Below are positions 18,184 to 26,335 of a stretch of 44,420 nucleotides of DNA, piece after piece; the first letter of the stretch is position 1, and each line of letters opens with the position of its first letter. The stretch is from Minisyncoccota bacterium. Lineage in GTDB: Bacteria; Patescibacteriota; Minisyncoccia; Phycocordibacterales; JABMNX01. The DNA lies in assembly GCA_040876885.1 (NCBI GenBank), contig JBBDOU010000002.1, positions 1-44,420 on the forward strand, read 5' to 3'. The position numbers were made by a program, and so were the translations under genes. Below the pieces are notes generated by a model. It saw only the letters and a program-made list of their open reading frames with translations, was not told the DNA's origin and did no database searches.

Positions 18184-20115
18184 CTAGACAGGCTTCCACG
18201 TAATCATCTTTTCATCGAGGTTTGCTTCTATGAGTTTCATTTTTATGGAATCACCAAGTTGGTATTTCTTTTTCTTTCGGTCTCCAATAACTGAGTATGT
18301 TTTCTTATCAAAAGAGAAGTAGTCGTCACCGAGGTCGCGCATGCGGATTAACCCCTCTGCTTTTGTTTTTGTTTCTTCAACAAAGACTCCAAACGTTGCT
18401 ACGCCAGAGATAACTCCTTCAAATTCTTCGCCGATATGTTCGGTCATGTACTCAACTTGTTTGTATTTAATTGAGTCACGTTCTGCACCTGATGCCTCTG
18501 CTTCTCTTTGGGAAGACTCCAGCGCAATACGGTAGTAGGTTTTAAGCTCATCCTCAGGAATCTTTATTCCTTCAAGGTGACTCGCCATAATTCTGTGCAC
18601 CATCATATCAGGGTACCTTCGAATTGGAGACGTGAAGTGTGTATAGTGTTTAAACGCAAGTGAGAAGTGCCCGATATTTTTCGTGGAGTAGATAGCTTTC
18701 GCCATTGAGCGAATTGTTGCGGTTGAAATCAGTTGTTCTTCTGGAGTTCCTTTAATTTCTTTAAGGAGTTTATTAATATCCCGTGAGTCGACTTCTCCGT
18801 CTTTAACCTCAAGATTGTACCCAATTGCCTTAAGGAATACCGCAAGCTCTTCTATTTTTTCTTGATTTGGCACATCATGAACACGGTAAATTGCCAACGT
18901 GTCACGGGCACCCTTGTTTCCAGCAAGGTCAGCAGTGTACTTGGCGACTTCTCGGTTCGCGAGTAACATAAAGTCCTCAATCATAACCATCGTCTCAACC
19001 CGTTGCTTCACTTTTACATCAATAGGTTTCCCTTTTTCATCAAGTATGAATTTCACCTCATCTCGTTCAAACGCAATAGAACCATCTTTGAAGCGTTTTT
19101 TTCGCAACGCTTTCCCGATAGATTCAAGTGTTTTAAGTTCTGTCACACATGGACCTGTCCCGGTATCAAGGACTGCTTGCGCTTCTTCATATGAGAAACG
19201 TTTATCTGAGTTTATGACGGTTCGTCCAAACCATCGTTTTTTTACTATTCCTTCTCCGTCTAACGTAACGATAGCTGAGAAGGCGAGTTTATCTTCATTC
19301 GGGTTAAGACTACAGACGTCATTAGAAAGCACTTCGGGAAGCATAGGAATAGTTCGGTCTACGAGGTAGATTGACGTACCACGGTGCTGAGCCTCTTCAT
19401 CAATAGCGTCTCCCGGACGAACATAGTGGGTAACGTCTGCAATGTGGACTCCAACTTCAAATGTACCGTCGTCCATTTTTTTAAATGAGAGTGCGTCATC
19501 AAAGTCTTTTGCGTCAGCGGGGTCAATGGTAAATGTTGTCGTACCACGCATGTCTCGCCGACGTGCGATTTCTTCTTGGGATATCTCTCGGTGTTTCCCT
19601 ATTTCTTCAGCGGCTTTTTCTACCGCAAGCGGGAAGTCAGTATCAAAACTATGTCCAAGAATAATGGCCTGCATCTCGGTCTCGTGCTCACCTTTTCTTC
19701 CAAGCACTTTAAGGATTGTGCCTTCGGGTTCTTTTTCTGGGTTACTCCATTCACTCAGTGAGACGAGTACTTTGTAGTTTTCTTTTACTGATTCATATCC
19801 AAAAGGGATACGAATGTTTACGTACATTCGCTTATCATCAGGAATAAGGTAAAAGTCTCCCGCTTTATTCTCAAGAACTCCCACAAACTCAGTACGGGCT
19901 CGTGTAATAACACTTACTACTTTTCCTTGTATTCGATTGTTTGTTTTTTCAGGGATAATCTGCACTGATACAGTATCGCGGTTAAGGGCGGTGTTAAGCG
20001 CTTCTTTTTGTATTTCTATATCCTCCTCGTGTCCCTCTGCGGTGATATAGCCGATTCCTCGTCCAGTGACACTGATGATTCCTTCGAAGATGCCTGTAGG
20101 TGTTGTATCATTCAT
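18184..20115 (-). CDS. rnr: Ribonuclease R
   Basis: FTIDPADAKDFDDA, VHIADV, HFTSPIRRYPD, C-terminal S1 domain. Confidence 0.95.
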   Translation of the reverse strand: MNDTTPTGIFEGIISVTGRGIGYITAEGHEEDIEIQKEALNTALNRDTVSVQIIPEKTNNRIQGKVVSVITRARTEFVGVLENKAGDFYLIPDDKRMYVNIRIPFGYESVKENYKVLVSLSEWSNPEKEPEGTILKVLGRKGEHETEMQAIILGHSFDTDFPLAVEKAAEEIGKHREISQEEIARRRDMRGTTTFTIDPADAKDFDDALSFKKMDDGTFEVGVHIADVTHYVRPGDAIDEEAQHRGTSIYLVDRTIPMLPEVLSNDVCSLNPNEDKLAFSAIVTLDGEGIVKKRWFGRTVINSDKRFSYEEAQAVLDTGTGPCVTELKTLESIGKALRKKRFKDGSIAFERDEVKFILDEKGKPIDVKVKQRVETMVMIEDFMLLANREVAKYTADLAGNKGARDTLAIYRVHDVPNQEKIEELAVFLKAIGYNLEVKDGEVDSRDINKLLKEIKGTPEEQLISTATIRSMAKAIYSTKNIGHFSLAFKHYTHFTSPIRRYPDMMVHRIMASHLEGIKIPEDELKTYYRIALESSQREAEASGAERDSIKYKQVEYMTEHIGEEFEGVISGVATFGVFVEETKTKAEGLIRMRDLGDDYFSFDKKTYSVIGDRKKKKYQLGDSIKMKLIEANLDEKMITWKPV

Positions 20116-20161
20116 ACGTTAGGTTTAATGTTTCTGAGTATAGCACAAAATCTCATATTCA

Positions 20162-20190
20162 TTGACGTAGTGGGTTACATCTAGTATATT
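20162..20190 (+). promoter_or_regulatory. Sigma70 promoter of rpsP, likely leaderless
   Basis: TTGACG-17 nt-TATATT, ATG 7 nt downstream. Confidence 0.7.
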
Positions 20191-20197
20191 AGGGCAC

Positions 20198-20650
20198 ATG
20201 TTAAAAATCAGATTAGCGCGCATAGGACGTAAGAATGACCCAACATTTCGAGTTGTGGTTACTGAGCATACCCGTGGACCTAAAAGTGGAAACCACCTTG
20301 AAATTCTTGGAAATTATAATCCAAAGATGGACAACACAACTATCAATGGTGAACGAGTCAAACACTGGATTTCAAATGGCGCGCAGGTCTCTGATACTGT
20401 ACACAATATTCTTATTAAAGAAGGTGTAATCGAAGGTAAGAAAATTAACGTACTTCCTAAGAAGACTCCAATTATAAAAGAGAAAGATGAAACAGCAGAA
20501 GCACCAGCTCCGGAGGCAGAGCAGGAGATAAAAGAAGAGACTCCAGCTGAGGAAGTTTCTCCTGAAGAAACACCTGCAGTTGAAGAGGCTCCGACTGAAG
20601 AAGTGAAAGAAGAAGCTGTCGCAGAAGCTTCAGCAGAAGAGACCAAGTAA
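20198..20650 (+). CDS. rpsP: 30S ribosomal protein S16 with acidic Glu/Ala/Pro tail
   Basis: MLKIRLARIG...FRVVV...LGNYNP...GAQVSDTV. Confidence 0.96.
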   Translation: MLKIRLARIGRKNDPTFRVVVTEHTRGPKSGNHLEILGNYNPKMDNTTINGERVKHWISNGAQVSDTVHNILIKEGVIEGKKINVLPKKTPIIKEKDETAEAPAPEAEQEIKEETPAEEVSPEETPAVEEAPTEEVKEEAVAEASAEETK

Positions 20651-20768
20651 AGAAGAAGTGCAGTTGCTTGACTCATCAGTAGATTCTCATATAGTAAGGG
20701 AGGCATATTGGAAAGCGTTTTTTAAATTGCGCGACCGAGATGTTTTAACAGATTAGCTGAAAAGACAT

Positions 20769-21110
20769 ATGGAAAGAGACCGAGAATTTCTAGAGTACGT
20801 AGTAAAGACTCTTGTTGATTATCCTGACGATGTAAAGATTGAACGAGTTGTGGATGAGATGGGAGTGCTTTTAACGCTCGATGTAAGTCCCCAGGATATG
20901 GGAAAAATTATTGGGCGCTCAGGTAATACTGCAAAAGCGATTCGAACACTTCTTCGAGTTGTCGGTATGAAGAATGAAGCACGAGTTAATCTTAAAATAA
21001 ATGAACCAGAAGGAGGTACTGGAGGAAACAGAGCTCCTCAGTCAGAAAACGCAGAAGTCTCTAACATCTCTAAATCAGTAGATGAGGCGATGGAAGATTT
21101 GAAACTATAG
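20769..21110 (+). CDS. khpA: KH-domain RNA-binding protein KhpA (YlqC)
   Basis: DMGKIIGRSGNTAKAIRTLL; canonical position after rpsP. Confidence 0.9.
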   Translation: MERDREFLEYVVKTLVDYPDDVKIERVVDEMGVLLTLDVSPQDMGKIIGRSGNTAKAIRTLLRVVGMKNEARVNLKINEPEGGTGGNRAPQSENAEVSNISKSVDEAMEDLKL

Positions 21111-21146
21111 TTAGTAGGGTATAGTGTAGAAATTAAATAATTTCTT

Positions 21147-21289
21147 AACATCACAATCATACGATATATCGTATGATTGTGATGTTTTAGAAGGTGTACT
21201 TTTTTAAAAATTAGAAGGTGTACCTTTTTAAAAAAGAGTGCGTAGATAAAAAACAACAAACCTAGCGATATATCGCTAGGTTTGTTGTT
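21147..21289. repeat. Composite element: 40-bp palindrome, 2 x 24-bp tandem repeat, 38-bp palindrome
   Basis: Palindromes 21147-21186 and 21252-21289, both centred on CGATATATCG; TTAGAAGGTGTACyTTTTTAAAAA at 21187-21210 and 21211-21234. Confidence 0.92.
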
Positions 21290-21385
21290 AGAGCATGTTA
21301 CGTACATGGTTTTAAGTCATATGGCTAGAAAAAAGACAAAACCCATGGTATCTTCAAACTACATATTTTGCTTTTAGAATACATT

Positions 21386-21796
21386 ATGAATATCTTTGAA
21401 AGAGTTAAAAGACTTAATTTTCCATTCGGCGAATATGTTGTTGTTGGTGGCGGGGTTATGGAAGCATACGGGCTTAGAAATGCTGGAGATTTAGACATTG
21501 TTGTTGGTTCAGCTTTGTTTTAAAAACTAAGAGACTCTGGTTGGGAGGTAGACCTAAATTTTAAAGAAAAGTTTGATAGGATAAGGTTAATGCGTGAAGA
21601 CGTAGAGATATTTTCTGACGTAGAGGGTGTTGATGAGGTTATCCCTGTACAAGAATTTATAGACAGAGCAAAAGTTATCCACGGCGTGCCGTTTATGAAC
21701 CTAGAGGAGCTTTTAGCATTAAAGTGTTATAACGCACGAGACAAGGACATTGATGACATCACCCTAATGGAAGAATATTTAAAAAACAACACATAA
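21386..21796 (+). pseudogene. Small nucleotidyltransferase-fold protein interrupted by an in-frame TAA
   Basis: MNIFERVKRLNFPFGEYVVVGGGVMEAYGLRNAGDLDIVVGSALF*KLRDSGW... continues in frame into ORF 21590-21796; stop at 21521-21523. Confidence 0.75.
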
Positions 21797-21806
21797 GACT
21801 GAGATT

Positions 21807-22445
21807 ATGCATTTTCATATCATTACATTATTCCCCGAGAGCATTGAAGGCTATCTTGAGAGCTCTATTCTTGGTCGTGCCCAAAAAGATAAAAAAATAA
21901 AAATTTCATATTATAATCCTCGTGATTTTACAAAACTCAAAAACAAACGAGTAGACCAAAAGCCCTATGGCGGTGGTCCTGGTATGGTCATTGAGGTAGC
22001 TTCCGTCGTTTCCGCAGTAGAGAAGGCGATTGGAAGAAAGAAAAATGTACTGGTTGTATTTTTCTCTCCGGGCGGAGAGCAGTTTACGAATACGCATGCA
22101 CGCACATACATAAAGAAATACAAGCATGTCGTATTTATCTGCGGTCATTACGAAGGAGTCGATGCACGAGTAAAGAAGATTTTTAACGCAAAAGAGATAT
22201 CAGTAGGACCATTTGTGCTCACCGGAGGAGAGCTTCCCGCAGCACTCGTGATAGATGTTATGGCACGACAAATCAAAGGAGTCCTTGGGAGTTTTGAATC
22301 ACTTGAAGAAGAACGAGTAAGTAATAAGGATTCTTATACACGCCCAGAGGTGTTTATACACAAAAAAAAGAAATATGTGGTCCCCGAGGTCTTACTTTCA
22401 GGACACCATAAGAATATTGAAGCCTGGAAAAAGGGGGAGAAATAA
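21807..22445 (+). CDS. trmD: tRNA (guanine-N1)-methyltransferase
   Basis: ITLFPE, PYGGGPGM, CGHYEGVDAR, VLTGGE, YTRP, VPEVLLSGHH. Confidence 0.97.
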   Translation: MHFHIITLFPESIEGYLESSILGRAQKDKKIKISYYNPRDFTKLKNKRVDQKPYGGGPGMVIEVASVVSAVEKAIGRKKNVLVVFFSPGGEQFTNTHARTYIKKYKHVVFICGHYEGVDARVKKIFNAKEISVGPFVLTGGELPAALVIDVMARQIKGVLGSFESLEEERVSNKDSYTRPEVFIHKKKKYVVPEVLLSGHHKNIEAWKKGEK

Positions 22446-22534
22446 CTTTGACACACTCCATAATAGTGGTATGGTAGTTAGTGGAAGGTACTTTGCAACA
22501 AGTATCAATGTTAACAGCGGAAGAGGGGGCTTCA

Positions 22535-22783
22535 ATGCCTAGTACTAAGGATAATGAAGAAAGTCGCGGATTAACCAATCTTTCTGAAACACCACGGCGG
22601 GCGAGAGACGGTGAGATTTCTCTTGGTCGCTTCCTTGGGGACACCACGACAACATTGGCTGGGGGGATGGGTATTAACAACCTGCAACCCAGACAAGAAA
22701 TGTCGCCGGGTCTTGTCTTGACTATAAAGAGGGGGCTTCCGGGATTTGTGCTCGTTGGTTGCCGAGAAAAGAGGCGTTGGTAG
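22535..22783 (+). CDS. Hypothetical small protein (could instead be non-coding)
   Basis: TTGACA at 22448-22453; GAGGGGG upstream of ATG 22535; followed by a palindrome. Confidence 0.35.
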   Translation: MPSTKDNEESRGLTNLSETPRRARDGEISLGRFLGDTTTTLAGGMGINNLQPRQEMSPGLVLTIKRGLPGFVLVGCREKRRW

Positions 22784-22804
22784 GAATTCTGAGATTTTTT
22801 GAAT

Positions 22805-22836
22805 ATGGGGCTTAAGCGTATACGCTTAAGCCCCAT
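22805..22836. repeat. Perfect 32-bp palindrome
   Basis: ATGGGGCTTAAGCGTA|TACGCTTAAGCCCCAT. Confidence 0.9.
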
Positions 22837-22869
22837 TAACATTATGCACAGCTCACTTGTTTCAGAAAT

Positions 22870-22898
22870 TTGACAGATTTTACTCCATCAGGTACTAT
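22870..22898 (+). promoter_or_regulatory. Sigma70 promoter of rpoBC
   Basis: TTGACA-17 nt-TACTAT, about 255 nt upstream of the rpoB ATG. Confidence 0.7.
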
Positions 22899-23156
22899 AT
22901 TTTCTAATACGTTATACTGACAGGATTGAGTACCGAATTTCTTCTTTTCATACGTTAATAGGTGTGCTCGGGCAGTACACACTTTTATATGCACAGCATA
23001 TGATTCCAGCGCTCGGATGTCATGAGAGTTAACGCTCAGACGCCACTCGCTTGAAATTATTAATCAATTACATACAGAATCGAAAATAATCTTCTTTTAT
23101 GAAGTTTATCTTCGTGTGTATTATTTTTTTGTTTTTAATCCCACACTCACGTCGCT

Positions 23157-26100
23157 ATGTTAAACACAACGAAGAAGAAGACGTTTGGTCGGTATAAAGA
23201 ACCACGAGTTGAGTATCCTCATTTTATTGAGGCACAACTCGATTCTTTCCGAACACTCATAGAAGATGGTATAAAAGATATTTTTAAAGAATTTTCTCCT
23301 ATTAAAGATTATTCTGAAAAGAAATTTGATCTCGAGTTTATAAAGATTGAATTTGGGAAACCAAAGTACAATGAATATTTTGCAAAAAAGAACATGCTTA
23401 CGTACGAGGCCCCGCTTCGTGCAGTAGTATCGCTTAAAAATAAGACTATTGGGGGAACGAAAGAACAAGAAATCTTTTTGACAGATTTCCCAATCATGAC
23501 TGACCACGGTACGTTTATTATCAACGGAGTTGAGCGTATCATTGTCCCACAGCTTGCCCGTTCTTTTGGTGTATTTTTTAGCACAAAAGAAACTAAAGGA
23601 AAGAATTATTTTGGTGCGAAGATTATCCCTGCTCGAGGAGCATGGGTTGAGATAGAGAGTGAAGCTGATGGTGCTATTTACGTAAAAATAGACCGAAAAC
23701 GAAAATTCCCTGTAACGTCATTGCTCCGTGTTATGGGCGCTACATTTGATAAGGACATGTATGACCTTTTCAAGCATAACCCTCATGCAAAAGAGGTTCT
23801 TGACGCTACATTTGAAAAAGATACCGCAGAGTCCGTAGATGAATCATTTATAGAGATTCATCGAAGACTTCGAGATGGAGACCTTGCTACCGCAAAAAAC
23901 GCTCGAGAGCATATCGAGTCTATTTTTAGTGCAGACCGATATGACCTTTCAAAAGTAGGACGACGTCACTTTAATCAACGATTTGGTATGAGTATTAACG
24001 GTAAAGAGCTTGACCGTCAAACTATTTCGCTTGATGACCTCGTACGTATCGTCTCAAACATCATTACACTTAATAACACTCCAGGTTCAGCGCCTGACGA
24101 CATCGACCACTTAGGATTCCGTCGTGTCCGATACATTGGAGAGTTACTCCAGCAAAAAATCCGAGTTGGAATGAGTCGTATGAAACGAAACATTCAAGAC
24201 AGAATGTCGACTGTCGAAGCAGAAACAACACTACCAATCCAGTTCATCAACCCACGACCGTTTCAAGCTGCAATTAAAGAATTCTTTACCACAAACCAGC
24301 TTTCACAGTTTATGGCTCAGCAGAATATCCTTTCTGAGGTTGAGCATCTTCGACGTCTTTCAGCGCTCGGTCCGGGAGGACTTACTCGTGAGCGAGCTGG
24401 TTTTGAAGTCCGAGACGTGCATCCTTCTCATTATGGACGACTCTGTCCTATTCATACCCCTGAAGGTCCAAACATTGGACTGATTCTTAACCTTGCAACA
24501 CACGCCCGCATCAACGAGTTTGGAATTATTGAAACACCATACTCAAAAGTTGAAAATGGAAAGGTGACAAAAGAAATTATTTATATTCACGCACTTGAAG
24601 AAGAAAAACGAAAAATCGCGCATGCTGCGACCCCATACAACGAAGAAACAGGCTTGATTGAGGAGGATGTTGTTGAGGTTCGACTTGCAGGAGAACCAAC
24701 ACTTATTAAACGAGAGGACATTGAGCTTATGGATATTGCAACTAACCAGGCATTTTCTATAGCACCATCAATGATTCCATTCCTTGAACACGATGATGCA
24801 AACCGAGCACTCATGGGTTCAAACATGCAGAAACAGGCTACGCCCTGTATTCTTCCCGAAGCACCAATTATTGCAACAGGAATTGAAGAGCAGGTAGCAC
24901 GAGACTCAGGACGACTTATTTATGCAACTGAAGCGGGAGAGGTTACCTATGTTGATGCTCAAAAAGTTATCGTAACGGGTGCGAAAGGAGCATCAGAGTA
25001 TCCGTTAATTAACTACTTTAGAACAAACGACTTCTCAGCATTCCATCACCGACCAGTAGTTTCAGTGGGACAGAAAGTAAAGAAAGCAGAATTACTTGCA
25101 GACAACGCTTCAAGTGACCAGGGACAAGTAGCACTCGGACAAAATATTCGTGTAGCATTTATGTCATGGTCAGGGGCTAACTATGAGGATGCGATTGTTA
25201 TTTCAGAACGATTGGTAAAAAATAGCCGATTCACCAGTATTCACGTTGAGGAGTTTAGTGTGAGTGTTCGTGACACGAAGCTTGGTCCTGAAGTCACGAC
25301 ACACGACATTCCAAACGTAGGGGAGACAAAACTCAGAAACTTGGATGAAGAGGGAATTATTATGATTGGAGCAGAAGTGCGACCTGGAGACATTCTTGTT
25401 GGTAAAGTAACTCCAAAAGGAGAAACACAACTAACTCCAGAGGAGCGACTCCTCCGGTCTATTTTTGGAGAAAAAGCAAAAGACGTTAAAGACACCTCAC
25501 TTCGAGTAGAGGGAGGTAAACGAGGGCGAGTGACTGGGGTAAAGATTTTTTCTCGAGAAAATGGAGACAATCTTGATTCTGGAATTATAAAGAAGATTCA
25601 TATTGAAGTGGCACAACTTCGAGCAATTTCTGTTGGAGATAAGATGGCTGGACGACATGGAAACAAGGGTGTTATTTCACGAATTCTTCCTGAAGAGGAT
25701 ATGCCATATGGGGAAGACGGAGAACCAGTAGATATCATTTTGACACCGCTTGGAGTTCCTTCTCGTATGAACCTTGGACAGATTCTTGAGCTTCACTTAG
25801 GACTTGCCGCACACACGCTTAATTATCAAGCAATCGTTCCTCCTTTTGCGGGAGCAACGGGGGAGGAGATTGAGGTAGAGCTTGAAAAAGCAGGATTTAG
25901 TAAGACCGGAAAGATAAAACTTAAAGACGGGCGAACAGGAGAATCTTTTGACCAAGATATTGCTGTTGGGTATATGTATATCCTTAAACTACATCACATG
26001 GTTGAAGACAAGATTCACATGCGATCTATTGGTCCATACTCTCTTATCACGCAACAGCCACTTGGTGGTAAAGCTCAAGCTGGAGGACAGCGGTTTGGAG

Positions 26101-26333
26101 AAATGGAGGTCTGGGCGCTTCTTGGATACGGAGCAGCGTATACGCTTCGTGAAGTCCTTACGATTAAATCAGATGATATCGTTGGACGTTCAGCAGCATT
26201 TGATGCAATTGTTAAAGGAGAAAAGATTGGTCTTCCTCAGACACCAGCATCATTTAACGTGTTGCTGAAGCATTTACGAGGACTCTCACTTGATGTCGAA
26301 CTTATTAAAAACGATAACGAGACTAGCGAATAG
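23157..26333 (+). CDS. rpoB: RNA polymerase beta subunit
   Basis: FIINGVER, DDIDHLG, TPEGPNIGL, GSNMQKQ, GDKMAGRHGNKG, GGQRFGEMEVWAL. Confidence 0.98.
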   Translation: MLNTTKKKTFGRYKEPRVEYPHFIEAQLDSFRTLIEDGIKDIFKEFSPIKDYSEKKFDLEFIKIEFGKPKYNEYFAKKNMLTYEAPLRAVVSLKNKTIGGTKEQEIFLTDFPIMTDHGTFIINGVERIIVPQLARSFGVFFSTKETKGKNYFGAKIIPARGAWVEIESEADGAIYVKIDRKRKFPVTSLLRVMGATFDKDMYDLFKHNPHAKEVLDATFEKDTAESVDESFIEIHRRLRDGDLATAKNAREHIESIFSADRYDLSKVGRRHFNQRFGMSINGKELDRQTISLDDLVRIVSNIITLNNTPGSAPDDIDHLGFRRVRYIGELLQQKIRVGMSRMKRNIQDRMSTVEAETTLPIQFINPRPFQAAIKEFFTTNQLSQFMAQQNILSEVEHLRRLSALGPGGLTRERAGFEVRDVHPSHYGRLCPIHTPEGPNIGLILNLATHARINEFGIIETPYSKVENGKVTKEIIYIHALEEEKRKIAHAATPYNEETGLIEEDVVEVRLAGEPTLIKREDIELMDIATNQAFSIAPSMIPFLEHDDANRALMGSNMQKQATPCILPEAPIIATGIEEQVARDSGRLIYATEAGEVTYVDAQKVIVTGAKGASEYPLINYFRTNDFSAFHHRPVVSVGQKVKKAELLADNASSDQGQVALGQNIRVAFMSWSGANYEDAIVISERLVKNSRFTSIHVEEFSVSVRDTKLGPEVTTHDIPNVGETKLRNLDEEGIIMIGAEVRPGDILVGKVTPKGETQLTPEERLLRSIFGEKAKDVKDTSLRVEGGKRGRVTGVKIFSRENGDNLDSGIIKKIHIEVAQLRAISVGDKMAGRHGNKGVISRILPEEDMPYGEDGEPVDIILTPLGVPSRMNLGQILELHLGLAAHTLNYQAIVPPFAGATGEEIEVELEKAGFSKTGKIKLKDGRTGESFDQDIAVGYMYILKLHHMVEDKIHMRSIGPYSLITQQPLGGKAQAGGQRFGEMEVWALLGYGAAYTLREVLTIKSDDIVGRSAAFDAIVKGEKIGLPQTPASFNVLLKHLRGLSLDVELIKNDNETSE

Positions 26334-26335
26334 AT

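Noticed and set aside
20480-20650. Acidic tail of S16 as a novelty
   Set aside because: C-terminal low-complexity extensions of S16 are common in several phyla
21187-21234. CRISPR array or iterons
   Set aside because: Two abutting copies with no spacer and no rep or cas gene nearby
21521-21523. Stop-codon reassignment
   Set aside because: The interrupting codon is TAA, the most common true stop in this window
22354-22842. 162-aa minus-strand ORF
   Set aside because: Overlaps trmD antisense, starts inside a palindrome and has no motif
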